Below are positions 1-9,198 of a DNA stretch of 64,000 nt, in pieces. Both the position numbers and the translations under genes were made by a program. The stretch is from an uncultured Candidatus Saccharibacteria bacterium. GTDB lineage: Bacteria; Patescibacteriota; Minisyncoccia; Sungbacterales; JACQCQ01. The stretch is taken from NCBI GenBank assembly GCA_964494945.1, contig CAZBTX010000003.1:47897-111896 (forward strand), given 5' to 3'. Numbering within the stretch: the first letter of the stretch is position 1; each line of letters opens with the position of its first letter. Below the pieces are notes generated by a model. That model was not told where the DNA came from. It saw only the letters and a list, made by a program, of their open reading frames with translations, and did no database searches.

Positions 1-495
1 GTGGTCGCGGCGCGCAATCAGGCGGCACGAGCCGTCGGGGAATGCGAGATAGATTCCCTCGCGGATATCCCATACGGTCGTACCGGTGGCGAGAAAATCA
101 GGCACCGGCAGGGCCAGTGCCCACGTGCCACGCGAGAACCATCCGTCGGCGTGGTACGTCCACTCCTCGCCCTCGGCCGGGGTTCCGAAACCCGGAACCT
201 CGATCATCGGGGTGAGGCGCTCCGGGCGGAGCGCATCCGCGGCGCGCTTGAGCCAGCCGCGCACATAGTGCGCCTCGCCCTGTTGCCCCACGTTCCGAAG
301 CGTCCCGGCGTGGAGCCATGAGCCGATGGCGACGTCGCCGTTCGGCTCGTAGTGCGCGAGGAGTGTGATCCCCGCGTTGGCGCCGAACGCAACGTAGTAC
401 GTACGCTGGTCGGCCGAGACCGCGAAAGTCCGGGGATGCCCCCCGGGGAACTCCCCGATGGGAGCGTCGAACAGGTAACTCTCTCTCGTTTCCAT
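1..495 (-). CDS. Hypothetical protein, high-GC (about 64%), 3' end beyond window edge. Hand-translated; absent from ORF track because its stop codon lies off-window. Begins METRESYLFDAPIGEFPGGHPRTFAVSADQRTYYVAFGAN...
   Basis: Open minus-strand frame from ATG at 495 down to position 1 with no stops; upstream in-frame TAG at 595-597. AGGGGAAAAGCA then ATG gives an SD-like site. Diverse, non-repetitive amino-acid composition, unlike the Arg-rich alternative frames 98..541 and 204..569. Confidence 0.55.
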   Translation of the reverse strand, partial: METRESYLFDAPIGEFPGGHPRTFAVSADQRTYYVAFGANAGITLLAHYEPNGDVAIGSWLHAGTLRNVGQQGEAHYVRGWLKRAADALRPERLTPMIEVPGFGTPAEGEEWTYHADGWFSRGTWALALPVPDFLATGTTVWDIREGIYLAFPDGSCRLIARRDH

Positions 496-926
496 TGCTT
501 TTCCCCTCGCCGCGCTTTGCGCGGCTCCGATCGTTTCGCACCCTGCACCATGCGGGATGCGTACCCCAATCCCCTCTATGCGGGGAAATTTGTTCTAAAC
601 GTACCTCTTAGAACCTCCGAACTTTCATTCCGAGATTCAGTTGAAGCACGAGGTGCGTTCCAGCGGACTTCGCAGGTCCGCACCTCGTTTCGCGTGCCCC
701 GTACGGAGCTGCCGGCCGCGAAAGCCGTTCGGTTCTGATTTGGCGTAGATTGTGGCAGGGCTCTACGCTCACCTTACCGAAAAAGGAATTGCCGGCCCAT
801 GGAAAGTCCCGTTGTCTTGATCTTGGCGATTCATCGGCTTCCCCGCGATGGGCCAAGTTTTTCTCATGCCATGCCTGTCGCCAACATGGGCTTCCCTCCT
901 TTCTTGCGCCTTTGGCTCGGCGCTAG

Positions 927-1247
927 TTACTGCTTCTTCTTGCCGGTGCCCATGCCGGCCGCCATCTGCCGATTCTCCTCGGCGCGACGGTCGCGGTTTT
1001 TGAGCTGACGCTTCTTCCGCGCCGCCTCGCACGAGTGCGAGGCCGTCCGCTCGGAGGCCTGCCGGTTGGCGAGCATACGCCTCGCGCAGGCGAGCCGCGG
1101 CCGCCAGAAGTCGGTGTATCCGAGCTCGTGCGACACGAGCTGGATGTCGGCCGCGACCGTCGAGGTCGCGATCTGACCCGGCAGGGTGCCGGCGAGAAAC
1201 TGGTGCAACCGCCGAATAGAAATGTTCAGGTCGTTCATCACGGTCAT
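927..1247 (-). CDS. Hypothetical 106-aa protein, high-GC, basic Lys/Arg-rich C-terminus
   Basis: ORF with GAGAGGAACAACG then ATG as RBS; coding-like composition. No family confidently recognised. Confidence 0.5.
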   Translation of the reverse strand: MTVMNDLNISIRRLHQFLAGTLPGQIATSTVAADIQLVSHELGYTDFWRPRLACARRMLANRQASERTASHSCEAARKKRQLKNRDRRAEENRQMAAGMGTGKKKQ

Positions 1248-1350
1248 CGTTGTTCCTCTCGTCGCGGTTCGCGGCTTCTGGTTTTCTTACGGAACTTTTA
1301 CTCCTTTGAATCCGCCAGCCAATCTGGTGGACTCGGTTAGAGTGGAGAGT

Positions 1351-1427
1351 TCCGTCCGTGCTTCGGACGGAGCTCTCCAAGGGATTGCTACCTGTGAGTT
1401 TCCCGAGCTCCGTCCGCTATCGGACGG
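1351..1427 (-). terminator. Two GC-rich hairpins downstream of the 1417..1812 gene: TCCGTCCG/CGGACGGA at 1351-1371 and CCGTCCG/CGGACGG at 1410-1427. They also pair with each other through GAGCTC extensions.
   Basis: Perfect 8-bp and 7-bp stems seen directly; the second loop contains the gene's stop codon. No clean T-run follows, so intrinsic-terminator function is tentative. Confidence 0.4.
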
Positions 1428-1812
1428 CGTTGCCTGGGTGACTCTTCTTCTCGGCGCGACGGCTCATCTCGGTTCCCACGGTCACGAGGCCGTAGGCAGC
1501 GAGGACGAGGTACGCTGGGGTAGCGCTTGCCCACATGTTGCGTTGCATGTTATCGATGACCCCCGCGAATCCGAAGAGCATCGGGATTACCGCGATGAAT
1601 GCCACTCCGCCCCAGCCCGAGTGGTAGCAGGAGCGCCGGCAGAACCGGAGCGCGAACCCGATGAACCCGATCGTCACCATCATCATGAAGAGGATGTATG
1701 ATGGTGTGGAGAGGTTTCCGTCGTGCCACCAGAAGAGGAGGCACGCCAGGAGGCCGACCGCGATCAGAACCACTTCGAGCGCGACGCATTGCCGATGTGT
1801 CAGTTCGCTCAT
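1417..1812 (-). CDS. Small integral membrane protein, 131 aa, 3-4 predicted TM helices, high-GC
   Basis: Start MSELTHRQC... at 1812 preceded by GGAGGGTCAC; the longer track ORF 1417..1926 extends upstream of this RBS. Hydrophobic segments visible in the translation. Confidence 0.55.
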   Translation of the reverse strand: MSELTHRQCVALEVVLIAVGLLACLLFWWHDGNLSTPSYILFMMMVTIGFIGFALRFCRRSCYHSGWGGVAFIAVIPMLFGFAGVIDNMQRNMWASATPAYLVLAAYGLVTVGTEMSRRAEKKSHPGNAVR

Positions 1813-1875
1813 GTGACCCTCCGCTGTTGTATAGCATTGCGGTTTTTGAACGGAAGTCGCGATTCTCCCTATCGG

Positions 1876-1933
1876 GAGAAAGATGACGAGAGAAATTATG
1901 TGAAGAACAATCGTAGCTCTCGTCATCTTTCTC
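1876..1933. repeat. Perfect 17-bp inverted repeat GAGAAAGATGACGAGAG ... CTCTCGTCATCTTTCTC with a 24-nt spacer, at the boundary between the high-GC block (1-1.85 kb) and normal-GC DNA
   Basis: Read directly; a smaller CTCCC/GGGAG hairpin lies immediately upstream (1864-1880). Confidence 0.6.
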
Positions 1934-2271
1934 CTTCCGTTTTGCTTTTGTCTCTATAGAAAAAACAAAACGGCCGGGAGATATTTTTTCACCCGCCTTC
2001 GCATAAAGCTTTAGCGGGCAAAGAAGAAGCATCTCCTGGCCGTTCAGAATGGGTTAAGGCATAAAGCCGTTTATTTTGAATACACCATTTGATAGCAATG
2101 AGAAAACCTCTCCTCAATTTTCCTTTGCTTTATGTGCCCTCCGAACCCTTTCAAGGTAGGGAGGCGTTATTTTTCAAATTGCGGGCCTTTCTTGCGGAAT
2201 CTTGAGTACTGAAATCTTACGTTTGCACCCTAGCATAGATTATTGACTTTGTCAAGTGCTTTGACATGAAA

Positions 2272-2311
2272 AGACACCAAAAACGGCTTATTTGCTGGGA
2301 AATAAGTCGTT
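2272..2311 (-). terminator. Rho-independent terminator of hppA
   Basis: On the minus strand, stem AAACGACTTATTT / AAATAAGCCGTTT (one G-U) then TTTTTGGTG; located 25 nt past the hppA stop. Confidence 0.55.
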
Positions 2312-2336
2312 TTGGGGTGGGTTGTTTTTTAGGGTT

Positions 2337-4334
2337 TTAGAGCAAACGCACCAAAAGCAAAGCCACTATATTCACTATTTTTATCATGGGGTTTATAGCG
2401 GGGCCTGCTGTGTCTTTATAGGGGTCGCCGACGGTGTCCCCAGTAACGGCCGCTTGATGGGCGGGGGATTTCTTGCCGCCGTAATTGCCTTCTTCAATAT
2501 ATTTTTTGGCGTTGTCCCAAGCGGCTCCTCCGGCCGTCATGGAGAGCGCCACAAAAAGCCCCGTAAGTAGCGAACCGATTAGAACTCCGCCCAGCGCTTC
2601 AGCGGCGTGCCCGCGGAAAATTATAACTATCAATATGGGAATTACGACGGGTATGAGCGCGGGAATTATCATTTCGCGAATGGCGGCTTTAGTCACGATG
2701 TCCACAGCCCTTCTGTAATCGGGCTTGGCCGTACCCTCCAGAATGCCTTTTATCTCGCGAAACTGGGCCCTGACTTCTTCCACGACTTCACCCGCGGCTT
2801 TGCCGACAGCCCGCATGGCGATGGAAGCAAAAAGATAGGGCATCATGCCTCCGACAAAAAGCCCCGCCAGCAAATACGGATTGGAAAGATCAAAGACCGC
2901 GAAGTTGCCGAAACTTTTTAACTCTTCGGCGTATGAGGCAAAAAGCACAAGTGCCGCAAGTCCGGCGGAGGCAATGGCATAACCTTTGGTAATGGCTTTA
3001 GTGGTATTGCCGACGGCGTCCAGCGGGTCGGTAACGGCGCGTACCGAATCAGAAAGGCCGGCCATTTCGGCAATCCCACCGGCGTTATCCGTAATGGGGC
3101 CGAAAGAATCAATCGCGACAATAATGCCGGCGAGCGATAACATGGCGACTCCCGCAACGGCAATGCCGTAAAGTCCGAAAATAAGGTAAGCCGTTATCAT
3201 GCCTCCCGCGATCACCAGTACCGGGAAGGCCGTGGCCTCCATGGACATGGCAAGTCCCATTATCATATTGGTTCCGTGCCCCGTGGTAGATGAACGCGCG
3301 ATATTTTTAACCGGCCTGAATTTTTTAGAAGTGTAATATTCGGTGGCCAACATCATAAGCGCTGTTACAAAAAATCCGACAAGCCCCGCAAAAAACGCGC
3401 GAGTCGCGTCTCCGCCCATGAAAAATGATTTTGTTATGGGATAGAGAAATATGGCCGCGAGCGCCGAAGAAGCTATCAAACCACGATACATACCTCCCAT
3501 GATTGAGCCGCCCTCTTTAACTCTCACGGCGAAATTTCCGAGAATGGAAGCGACAATGGAGGCGGCACCGATTGATAGCGGGAAAAGTATCATTTTTTCA
3601 TTGCCGGGGAATATAAGAGACCCAAGAAGCATCGCGGCAATCGTGGTAACGGCATAGGTCTCAAAAAGGTCCGCCGCCATGCCTGAAACGTCGCCCACAT
3701 TGTCGCCCGTCGCATCAGCAATAACAGCCGGATTTCGGGGGTCGTCCTCCGGAATACCCGCTTCAATTTTTCCCACGAGGTCCGCGCCCACATCCGCTCC
3801 TTTGGTGAAAATCCCGCCCCCGAGGCGCGCAAATACCGAGATCAGTGAGCCGCCGAAGCCAAGACCTATAAGAGCTGAAATATCATTGAAAATAAAATAA
3901 AAAAGCGAAACGGAAAGAAGTGCCAGTCCCACCACTAAAAATCCCGTAACCGAGCCGCCTTGATAAGCAACCTTAAATGCCCTAGACAGTCCGTTTTTCG
4001 CCGCTTCGGCTACTCGCGTATTGGCATCAACCGCCGTCATCATGCCGAGATACCCGGCGAGGCCCGAAGCAAAAGCGCCGATCAAGAATCCGAGCGCGGT
4101 TTTCCCGCCAATGGCGTACCAAATGATGACGGCGAGGACGATGGCAACCCAGAGCACCGTGATATTTTGGCGTTTCAAATAGGCCTTGGAGCCCTCGCGG
4201 ATGGCATTAGCGATCTCTATCATTTTGGCCTCGCCCCTGGGATACTTCTTCAATCGGTACATGGTGGATATCGCAAAAGCGATTGAACCAAAAGCGACAA
4301 TAATTGGAGCAAACAAAGAAAATGAAGCGAACAT
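2337..4334 (-). CDS. hppA: Membrane-bound proton-translocating pyrophosphatase (H+-PPase)
   Basis: 665-aa polytopic protein with characteristic H+-PPase motifs (GGG(I/L)FTK, DNVGDNVGD-like '[20 protein letters not shown]', C-terminal [11 protein letters not shown]). Confidence 0.9.
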   Translation of the reverse strand: MFASFSLFAPIIVAFGSIAFAISTMYRLKKYPRGEAKMIEIANAIREGSKAYLKRQNITVLWVAIVLAVIIWYAIGGKTALGFLIGAFASGLAGYLGMMTAVDANTRVAEAAKNGLSRAFKVAYQGGSVTGFLVVGLALLSVSLFYFIFNDISALIGLGFGGSLISVFARLGGGIFTKGADVGADLVGKIEAGIPEDDPRNPAVIADATGDNVGDVSGMAADLFETYAVTTIAAMLLGSLIFPGNEKMILFPLSIGAASIVASILGNFAVRVKEGGSIMGGMYRGLIASSALAAIFLYPITKSFFMGGDATRAFFAGLVGFFVTALMMLATEYYTSKKFRPVKNIARSSTTGHGTNMIMGLAMSMEATAFPVLVIAGGMITAYLIFGLYGIAVAGVAMLSLAGIIVAIDSFGPITDNAGGIAEMAGLSDSVRAVTDPLDAVGNTTKAITKGYAIASAGLAALVLFASYAEELKSFGNFAVFDLSNPYLLAGLFVGGMMPYLFASIAMRAVGKAAGEVVEEVRAQFREIKGILEGTAKPDYRRAVDIVTKAAIREMIIPALIPVVIPILIVIIFRGHAAEALGGVLIGSLLTGLFVALSMTAGGAAWDNAKKYIEEGNYGGKKSPAHQAAVTGDTVGDPYKDTAGPAINPMIKIVNIVALLLVRLL

Positions 4335-4353
4335 ATTTATTCTTATTTTTTAT

Positions 4354-4427
4354 CCCCCACACCAGAACGTGGGCTTATAGTATTTGCTTGATTGCTTTCG
4401 GCAATCTGCCCACGTTTGGTGTGGGGG
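4354..4427. mobile_element. MITE-like inverted-repeat element, copy 1. Arms CCCCCACACCAGAACGTGGGC (4354-4374) and GCCCACGTTTGGTGTGGGGG (4408-4427) with a 33-bp interior. The right arm lies inside the last codons of nusA and the interior contains the nusA stop.
   Basis: Near-perfect 20-bp inverted repeat seen directly. Same terminal motif as elements at 11835-11931, 20336-20651 and 59998-60095. Confidence 0.6.
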
Positions 4428-5766
4428 CGAGCTGATTTTTAGTTGTCTTTCTCGTCTTTTTCTTCGGTACTTCTTCGGTTGACGCCGCGGGCGTTTTTTC
4501 GGACGCTTTTAATTCTTCGATTTTTTCTGCCGATACTTCCGGAGTTACTTCTTCAGGAGCCGTTGCTTCTTCTCTGGGTTTATCGGACCTTACGTCAATT
4601 TTCCAGCCGGTCAGTTTGGCGGCCAGCCGCACGTTTTGCCCGCCCTTGCCGATAGCCAGCGACAACTGATCATCAGGGACGGTAACGCGCGCTTCTCGGG
4701 TTTCCGGGTTGACTTCCGCGTCAATGACTTTGGCGGGGGAAAGAGCATGCGATATGAAAGTCGCGGGGTCTTCGGCCCATTCAATAATGTCAATTTTTTC
4801 TCCGGCCAGTTCATGTATGACCGTAGAAACCCGTACGCCTTTTTGGCCGACCATGGAGCCAACCGGGTCAATACCTTCTTGATTGGATGCCACCGCCACC
4901 TTGGAGCGAGAGCCGGCTTCTCTGGCTATCACTTTAATTTCCACGCTAGCGGCCGCAATTTCCGGCACTTCCAATTCAAAAAGTTTTTTTACAAGCCGCG
5001 GATGCGAACGGGAAACGATGATACCCGGGCCTCTCGGATTTTTTTCAACCGAGACGATCAAAACCTTGATGCGTTCTCCCATGCGGTATCTCTCAAAGGA
5101 AACCTGTTCTTCGGCGGGGAGAAGTGCGGTAGTGCGGCCAAAATCAATGAAAACATTCCGGCCCTCCACGCGCTGGACCATGCCCGAAATAAGTTCGCCC
5201 TCATGGTCTTTGTATTCGTTATAAATGGCGTCTCGCTCCGCTTCACGAATTCTTTGTATAATTACTTGCTTGGCGGTTTGCGCGGCAATACGGCCGAAGT
5301 CCTCTTTGAATTCAAGCGGGAATTCCAGTTCGTCGCCGGGTAGGGCGTCTTTTTTTATTTTTTTGGCCTCGTCCGCCATCAAATGCTTTTCCGGATTGAA
5401 GCGCACCTTTCTTTCGGTCTCGGTGGGGATTCCTTCCATTTCATCCTCATCTCGCAATGGGCCGCGGCTATTTGTCGCGCGCCTAACGCTCTCGGCAAAT
5501 CGCTCGGTTCTTTCGCGCTCTTCGGCTTCAATTTCTTCCTCGGATTTCAGCATGGATTCGTCCACCACTATCTTTATTTGCTTCATTTTTACGTCCCCCG
5601 TGGCGGGATTAAAAACGGCGCGTATGATCTGCCCCTTTTTGCCGTAGTCCTTTTTATAAGCCGCGGCTAAAGCCATCTCAATCGTTTCAATGACCTTTTC
5701 CACCGCGATGCCTTTTTCTTCGGCAATTTGCTGAATAGCCGATCCGAATTGTTTTAAGTCAAACAT
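4375..5766 (-). CDS. nusA: Transcription termination/antitermination factor NusA, with a roughly 90-aa acidic insertion in the N-terminal domain
   Basis: N-terminal RNAP-binding domain, S1 domain and KH domains recognisable (IKVIAREAGSRSKVAV..., VGQKGVRV...). The insertion is an interpretation from alignment memory. Confidence 0.85.
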   Translation of the reverse strand: MFDLKQFGSAIQQIAEEKGIAVEKVIETIEMALAAAYKKDYGKKGQIIRAVFNPATGDVKMKQIKIVVDESMLKSEEEIEAEERERTERFAESVRRATNSRGPLRDEDEMEGIPTETERKVRFNPEKHLMADEAKKIKKDALPGDELEFPLEFKEDFGRIAAQTAKQVIIQRIREAERDAIYNEYKDHEGELISGMVQRVEGRNVFIDFGRTTALLPAEEQVSFERYRMGERIKVLIVSVEKNPRGPGIIVSRSHPRLVKKLFELEVPEIAAASVEIKVIAREAGSRSKVAVASNQEGIDPVGSMVGQKGVRVSTVIHELAGEKIDIIEWAEDPATFISHALSPAKVIDAEVNPETREARVTVPDDQLSLAIGKGGQNVRLAAKLTGWKIDVRSDKPREEATAPEEVTPEVSAEKIEELKASEKTPAASTEEVPKKKTRKTTKNQLAPTPNVGRLPKAIKQIL

Positions 5767-5773
5767 TTTCTTT

Positions 5774-5854
5774 AGCCACTAGCGACTAGAAACTAGTCAC
5801 TAGGAATTTTTATCTTCCGCTGCGGCTAGTCGCTAGGAACTAGTGGCTAGTCGC
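5774..5854. repeat. CTAG-rich palindromic repeats (AGCCACTAGCGACTAG, ACTAGTCACTAGG, GGCTAGTCGCTAGG, ACTAGTGGCTAGTCGC) in the nusA upstream region. The same 12-mer CTAGTGGCTAGT recurs at 21014-21025.
   Basis: Seen directly; motifs are reverse complements of one another (CTAGCGACTAG / CTAGTCGCTAG). Confidence 0.6.
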
Positions 5855-6120
5855 TTATTAAGAGCAAAGACCCGTTCTCACGGGTCCTACTTGGTTGCCA
5901 TATTGGCAGTACAATTTTCATTGTAGCACGTGGCTTGACCTCGTCAAGTGCGACTCCGGGGAATACCATGGAGTTTAGCCGTATCCCCAAGTTGGGGAGC
6001 GTAAGATCAGCGCTTTTTGTGATATTATTTAGACAAACACTATTAAATTCAAAAATCAAAGGTCAAAAGTCAAAATGATTGTAGCGCTGAAAGCGCTTCC
6101 TAAATTTTGACTTTTGCATT

Positions 6121-7896
6121 TTGAATTTTGATTTATCCACTGTGCCCCTCATTCACGATAATCAGCTAAAGGCCCTTCTCAAAGATACCAACGCCGTATC
6201 CAAAGATTTGCTTACAGAAGCCGAAGCCGAAGCCAAGACCGGGGGGAAGCGCTTAAGGGATGTATTGCTGAACAAGGGGATCATAAAAGAAGAAGAGCTT
6301 CATCAACTGGAGGCGTATATTTTGGGTATTCCTTACGTGGACTTGGAAAAAGAAAACATCAGTCCCGAAGTTTTACACATCATTCCCGAGCCCATCGCCA
6401 AAAAAAATAATATTGTGGCCTACAAAAAAGAGGGGAAGGATTTACATGTTGCCATGCTGGACCCCGAAGATATCCAGACCATTGAATTTATAAAGAAAAA
6501 GGCGGGGTTACGGATACTCCCGCGGCTAACCAACACGGCTTCTATCAAGAACGTATTGAGGCAATACCAAAAATCGCTGGCGGCGGAGTTTTCCGAGCTG
6601 ATCTCCAAAGATGCCGCTGAAGCGCTGGTGGTTAGAGCCGAGTCGGGGGAACCGGCTGACGAGAAGGACTTGAAAAAGATGGCTGAGGACCTGCCGGTGA
6701 TTCGCATAGTTGATTCCATCATTCGCCAGGCCATAATTTCCACCGCTTCCGACATACATATTGAACCGCTGGAAAAAGAAGTCATCGTGCGTTACAGGAT
6801 TGACGGGATCCTTCATGACCAGCTCAAACTGCCAAAAGAAATAGCACCTGGAGTGGTGGCCAGGATCAAGGTTCTGGCGAGTCTTAAATTGGACGAACAC
6901 CGCCTGCCGCAAGACGGGCGCTTCAAGATAGAAACCCCGGAATATAAATTTTCTTTCCGCGTTTCCATATTGCCGGTCTTTGACGGAGAAAAGATCGTAA
7001 TGCGGCTTCTACCCGAGGGCTCGCACACATTCTCCTTGGAGCAACTCGGATTTTTTGGCGAGATGCTGGAGCGGGTGCACCGCGCCATAAAAAAACCTAC
7101 AGGCATATTGCTTGCCACCGGCCCCACGGGTTCCGGCAAAACCACGACCCTTTACACAATCTTAGACATGTTGAATGTCCCGGGCGTGAATATTTCCACC
7201 GTTGAAGATCCAGTGGAATACCGCATGCAGCGCGTCAATCAAACGCAGGTAAGGGCCGATATCGGCCTCACTTTCGCCTCGGGACTTCGCACCCTTCTTC
7301 GGCAGGACCCCAACATCATCATGGTGGGCGAGATCCGCGACAACGAAACGGCGGGGCTCGCCATTAACGCGGCCCTAACAGGGCATTTAGTGCTCTCAAC
7401 CCTGCATACCAATTCCGCCGCCGGTTCTCTGCCGCGGTTATTAGACATGAAGATTGAGCCATTTTTGATCGCCTCCACCGTGAACGCCGTCATTGCCCAG
7501 CGGCTGGTGCGTACCCTTTGTGAAGAAAAAGAGATGCGTATTTTGACCGCGGCCGAGATAAGCTCGTTTTCCAAGCAGGTGGATTTGAAACACGTGGTGG
7601 AAAAGTTGAAACAAGAAAAGATCGTGGAACCGAAAGCCGATGTGGGAAACATCAAATGGGGTTTTCCCCGAAAAACCGAAAGTTGCCCGGACGGCTATAA
7701 GGGCAGGATCGGCATACACGAAGTTCTGGAAATGACATCCACCATCAAAGAGCTGATATTAAAGAACGCCACCACCGACCAAATCCATGACGAGGCCCGG
7801 AAAGAAGGCATGCTCACTATGCTGGAAGACGGTTTTGTCAAAGCGGCGCAGGGCGTCACGTCGCTGGAGGAGGTATTGCGCGTAACCAGCGAGTAA
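6121..7896 (+). CDS. pilB: Type IV pilus assembly ATPase PilB (GspE family). Start probably TTG at 6121.
   Basis: N-terminal GSPII_E_N-like domain, Walker A GPTGSGKTTT, Asp box, Walker B, His box, tetracysteine-like region. Confidence 0.85.
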   Translation: MNFDLSTVPLIHDNQLKALLKDTNAVSKDLLTEAEAEAKTGGKRLRDVLLNKGIIKEEELHQLEAYILGIPYVDLEKENISPEVLHIIPEPIAKKNNIVAYKKEGKDLHVAMLDPEDIQTIEFIKKKAGLRILPRLTNTASIKNVLRQYQKSLAAEFSELISKDAAEALVVRAESGEPADEKDLKKMAEDLPVIRIVDSIIRQAIISTASDIHIEPLEKEVIVRYRIDGILHDQLKLPKEIAPGVVARIKVLASLKLDEHRLPQDGRFKIETPEYKFSFRVSILPVFDGEKIVMRLLPEGSHTFSLEQLGFFGEMLERVHRAIKKPTGILLATGPTGSGKTTTLYTILDMLNVPGVNISTVEDPVEYRMQRVNQTQVRADIGLTFASGLRTLLRQDPNIIMVGEIRDNETAGLAINAALTGHLVLSTLHTNSAAGSLPRLLDMKIEPFLIASTVNAVIAQRLVRTLCEEKEMRILTAAEISSFSKQVDLKHVVEKLKQEKIVEPKADVGNIKWGFPRKTESCPDGYKGRIGIHEVLEMTSTIKELILKNATTDQIHDEARKEGMLTMLEDGFVKAAQGVTSLEEVLRVTSE

Positions 7897-7977
7897 AAAC
7901 AAGCGACATGAAACAAGCGACAAGCGACAAGTATTCATATCAGCCATGTCACATGTCCCTTGTTGCATGCTACTAAT

Positions 7978-9192
7978 ATGAGATTCCACTACACCGCGAT
8001 TGACAGGGCGGGGGCCGTCCAAAAGGGCGAGCGCGAGGCCGTTGACGAGAAGGAACTTTCTCGGACACTGCGCCAAGAGGGTTTACTTTTGACGCTCGCG
8101 CGTCCGGCGGGCAAGGACGCCGGCATTTCATATCTGCTGACTTTTTCCATCGGCGGCGTCTCGCTGGTGGATCGCATGGTGTTTGCCAGGAACTTAGGAG
8201 TTATGGTGGGAGCGGGAATTTCCGTGACGAGGGCGCTGGAAGCGCTTGAAGAGCAATCCAAGAACAAGAAATTCAAGCTGGTGATCGGCGACGTTAAAAA
8301 GAGGATCAGGGAGGGCATTTCGTTATCCGCGGCTCTTAACGCCCACCGGCAGGTTTTCGGAGATTTTTTCGTTCACATGATAGAGGCCGGCGAGGTTTCC
8401 GGTAAATTTGAGGGAGCGCTACGGCTTTTGGCGCGCCAAATGAAGCGCGACCATGATCTTCGCGCCAAAGTCAGGGGTGCTATGATGTATCCAGCGATTG
8501 TTTTTACGGCGCTTGTCGGCATCGGGATTCTCATGCTGGTTTATGTGGTGCCTACGCTCACCCAAACCTTCAAAGAGCTTGAAATTCAATTGCCGCCTAC
8601 GACCCAATTCATAATTTCCGCGAGCGATTTCGTGCAGAATTACGCGATATATACCTTGGGGGGATCAATCATGCTTGCCTATGTTGCGTATCGCGCTCTA
8701 AGATCATCCGCGGGCAGGGCGGCTTTTGACCAGGTAATCCTTAGAGTCCCCGTTCTAGGGCCTCTTACGCAGAAACTGAATGCCGCGCGCATGTCCCGAA
8801 CCCTGGCTTCTTTGATAGCGGCGGGGCTTTCCATCACCAAGGCCTTAGATATCACCTCCAGAGTGCTTGGCAACAGCCGATTCCGTGACGCCATGAAAAA
8901 TTCCGCAGTTGAAATTGAAAAAGGCAGGCCTTTCTCGGAGATCTTGAAGAATTCACCTGACCTATTTCCGCCGCTGGTCATACAAATGATCTCCGTCGGC
9001 GAAGAAACGGGGACGCTCTCTCGAATGCTTCTCCGCATCGCCCTTTTTTATGAGGAAGACATCAATAACACCACTAAAAACCTTTCTTCCATCATCGAGC
9101 CGATTATGATGATTTTCATCGGCGCCATCGTGGGGTTTTTCGCGATTTCCATGATTCAGCCGCTTTACTCGTCCTTATCCGGCATTCAATAA
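7978..9192 (+). CDS. pilC: Type IV pilus platform protein PilC (GspF family)
   Basis: Two T2SSF repeats, three TM segments; begins MRFHYTAIDRAGAV... as PilC proteins typically do. Confidence 0.85.
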   Translation: MRFHYTAIDRAGAVQKGEREAVDEKELSRTLRQEGLLLTLARPAGKDAGISYLLTFSIGGVSLVDRMVFARNLGVMVGAGISVTRALEALEEQSKNKKFKLVIGDVKKRIREGISLSAALNAHRQVFGDFFVHMIEAGEVSGKFEGALRLLARQMKRDHDLRAKVRGAMMYPAIVFTALVGIGILMLVYVVPTLTQTFKELEIQLPPTTQFIISASDFVQNYAIYTLGGSIMLAYVAYRALRSSAGRAAFDQVILRVPVLGPLTQKLNAARMSRTLASLIAAGLSITKALDITSRVLGNSRFRDAMKNSAVEIEKGRPFSEILKNSPDLFPPLVIQMISVGEETGTLSRMLLRIALFYEEDINNTTKNLSSIIEPIMMIFIGAIVGFFAISMIQPLYSSLSGIQ

Positions 9193-9198
9193 TAAGTC

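Noticed and set aside
98-1380. Long ORFs in the track (98..541, 204..569, 352..738, 769..1380) within the high-GC block
   Set aside because: Their translations are Arg/Pro/Gly-dominated, which is typical of wrong-frame reads through GC-rich DNA. The real gene at <1..495 is the third minus frame, hand-translated and absent from the track.
1550-2032. 160-aa minus-strand ORF extending past the RBS of the membrane-protein gene
   Set aside because: The in-frame upstream extension crosses the GGAGGG RBS and the large inverted repeat. The shorter gene 1417..1812 is preferred.
5855-6012. Tried to assign the hairpin-rich segment to SRP RNA, 6S RNA or tmRNA
   Set aside because: None of the conserved motifs (SRP domain IV GGAA/AGCAG, 6S central bubble, tmRNA tag reading frame) could be found by eye. 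Left as an unclassified candidate only.
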